A stretch of DNA of 48,177 nucleotides from Candidatus Fraserbacteria bacterium (GTDB lineage: Bacteria; Bipolaricaulota; Bipolaricaulia; RBG-16-55-9): the NCBI GenBank assembly GCA_037442925.1, contig JBBIPG010000010.1, forward strand, positions 1 through 48,177, written 5' to 3'. Made by a program: the position numbers and the translations under genes. The notes under the pieces are model-generated. The model was not told the DNA's origin. It made no database searches and saw only the letters and a program-made list of their open reading frames with translations. Shown piece by piece: positions 48,066 through 48,177 of the stretch. Position 1 is the stretch's first letter. Each line of letters begins with the position of its first letter.

Positions 48066-48177
48066 AGAGCCTCTAACAAAACCGTTGGACATAGTGCCAG
48101 ACGATGAGCGCACAGCCTACCGAGAGGAACGCCTGATGGATCTCCGCACGCCGCTCATAGCGCACCTTCAACCTCCG
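48066..48177 (-). mobile_element. IS5-family insertion sequence, 3' end (transposase C-terminus and terminal inverted repeat), runs off the window
   Basis: 48177-48073 reads RRLKVRYERRAEIHQAFLSVGCALIVWHYVQRFC*, typical of IS5-family DDE transposase C-termini; the stop lies within the putative terminal sequence GTTTTGTTAGAGGCTCT, followed by TAG as a candidate target duplication. Confidence 0.85.

Noticed and set aside
140..48167. 14-bp repeat CTCATAGCGCACCT at 140-153 and 48154-48167, near both window ends
   Set aside because: A few 14-mer repeats are expected by chance in 48 kb; one copy is inside transposase coding sequence and the flanks do not extend the match.
1..48177. CRISPR arrays, tRNA/rRNA genes, prophage genes
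   Set aside because: No regularly spaced repeats, cloverleaf or rRNA-like segments, or phage hallmark proteins seen; intergenic gaps are short. Small ncRNAs cannot be excluded without a covariance-model search.

Overview
Chromosomal window from a moderately GC-rich bacterium. The secreted-protein architecture (EF-hand-like repeat plus a FlgD/T9SS-like C-terminal domain) suggests Candidatus Bipolaricaulota/Fraserbacteria, but this is inference only. Housekeeping genes: carA-carB plus a kynB-like cyclase, yyaL, ybaK-like, a cyclophilin, dinB, a WecB/TagA glycosyltransferase, recJ and rpsT. Accessory content: (i) two stacked VapBC-type toxin-antitoxin cassettes around a duplicated, synonymously diverged 3' end of the cyclase gene; (ii) dispersed aryl/acyl-CoA catabolic genes, namely a divergent Paa-type diiron epoxidase cluster with split PaaD and no PaaE, a single-domain BoxC-like crotonase with an aldehyde dehydrogenase, an IorA-like TPP enzyme lacking its Fe-S motifs with an SDR and a CoA ligase, and a Liv-type ABC importer; (iii) arsR-arsN2-arsM; (iv) several secreted or surface proteins (VWA, triple-PPC pair, beta-helix, FecR-domain). 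The best candidate for an undescribed system occurs twice: a large TPR-containing regulator gene, a promoter with an 11-bp-period direct repeat ending 8 bp before TATACTTT, and a secreted FecR-domain cargo gene. One copy also has a 70-aa 'SFVVRLW' protein coupled to the cargo. The first regulator is clearly SARP-STAND-TPR; only the TPR end of the second is visible. Both are disrupted, one by an in-frame TAG and one by an IS5-family element at the window edge. No rRNA, tRNA or CRISPR array was seen. All family assignments come from motif recognition by eye; no searches were run.
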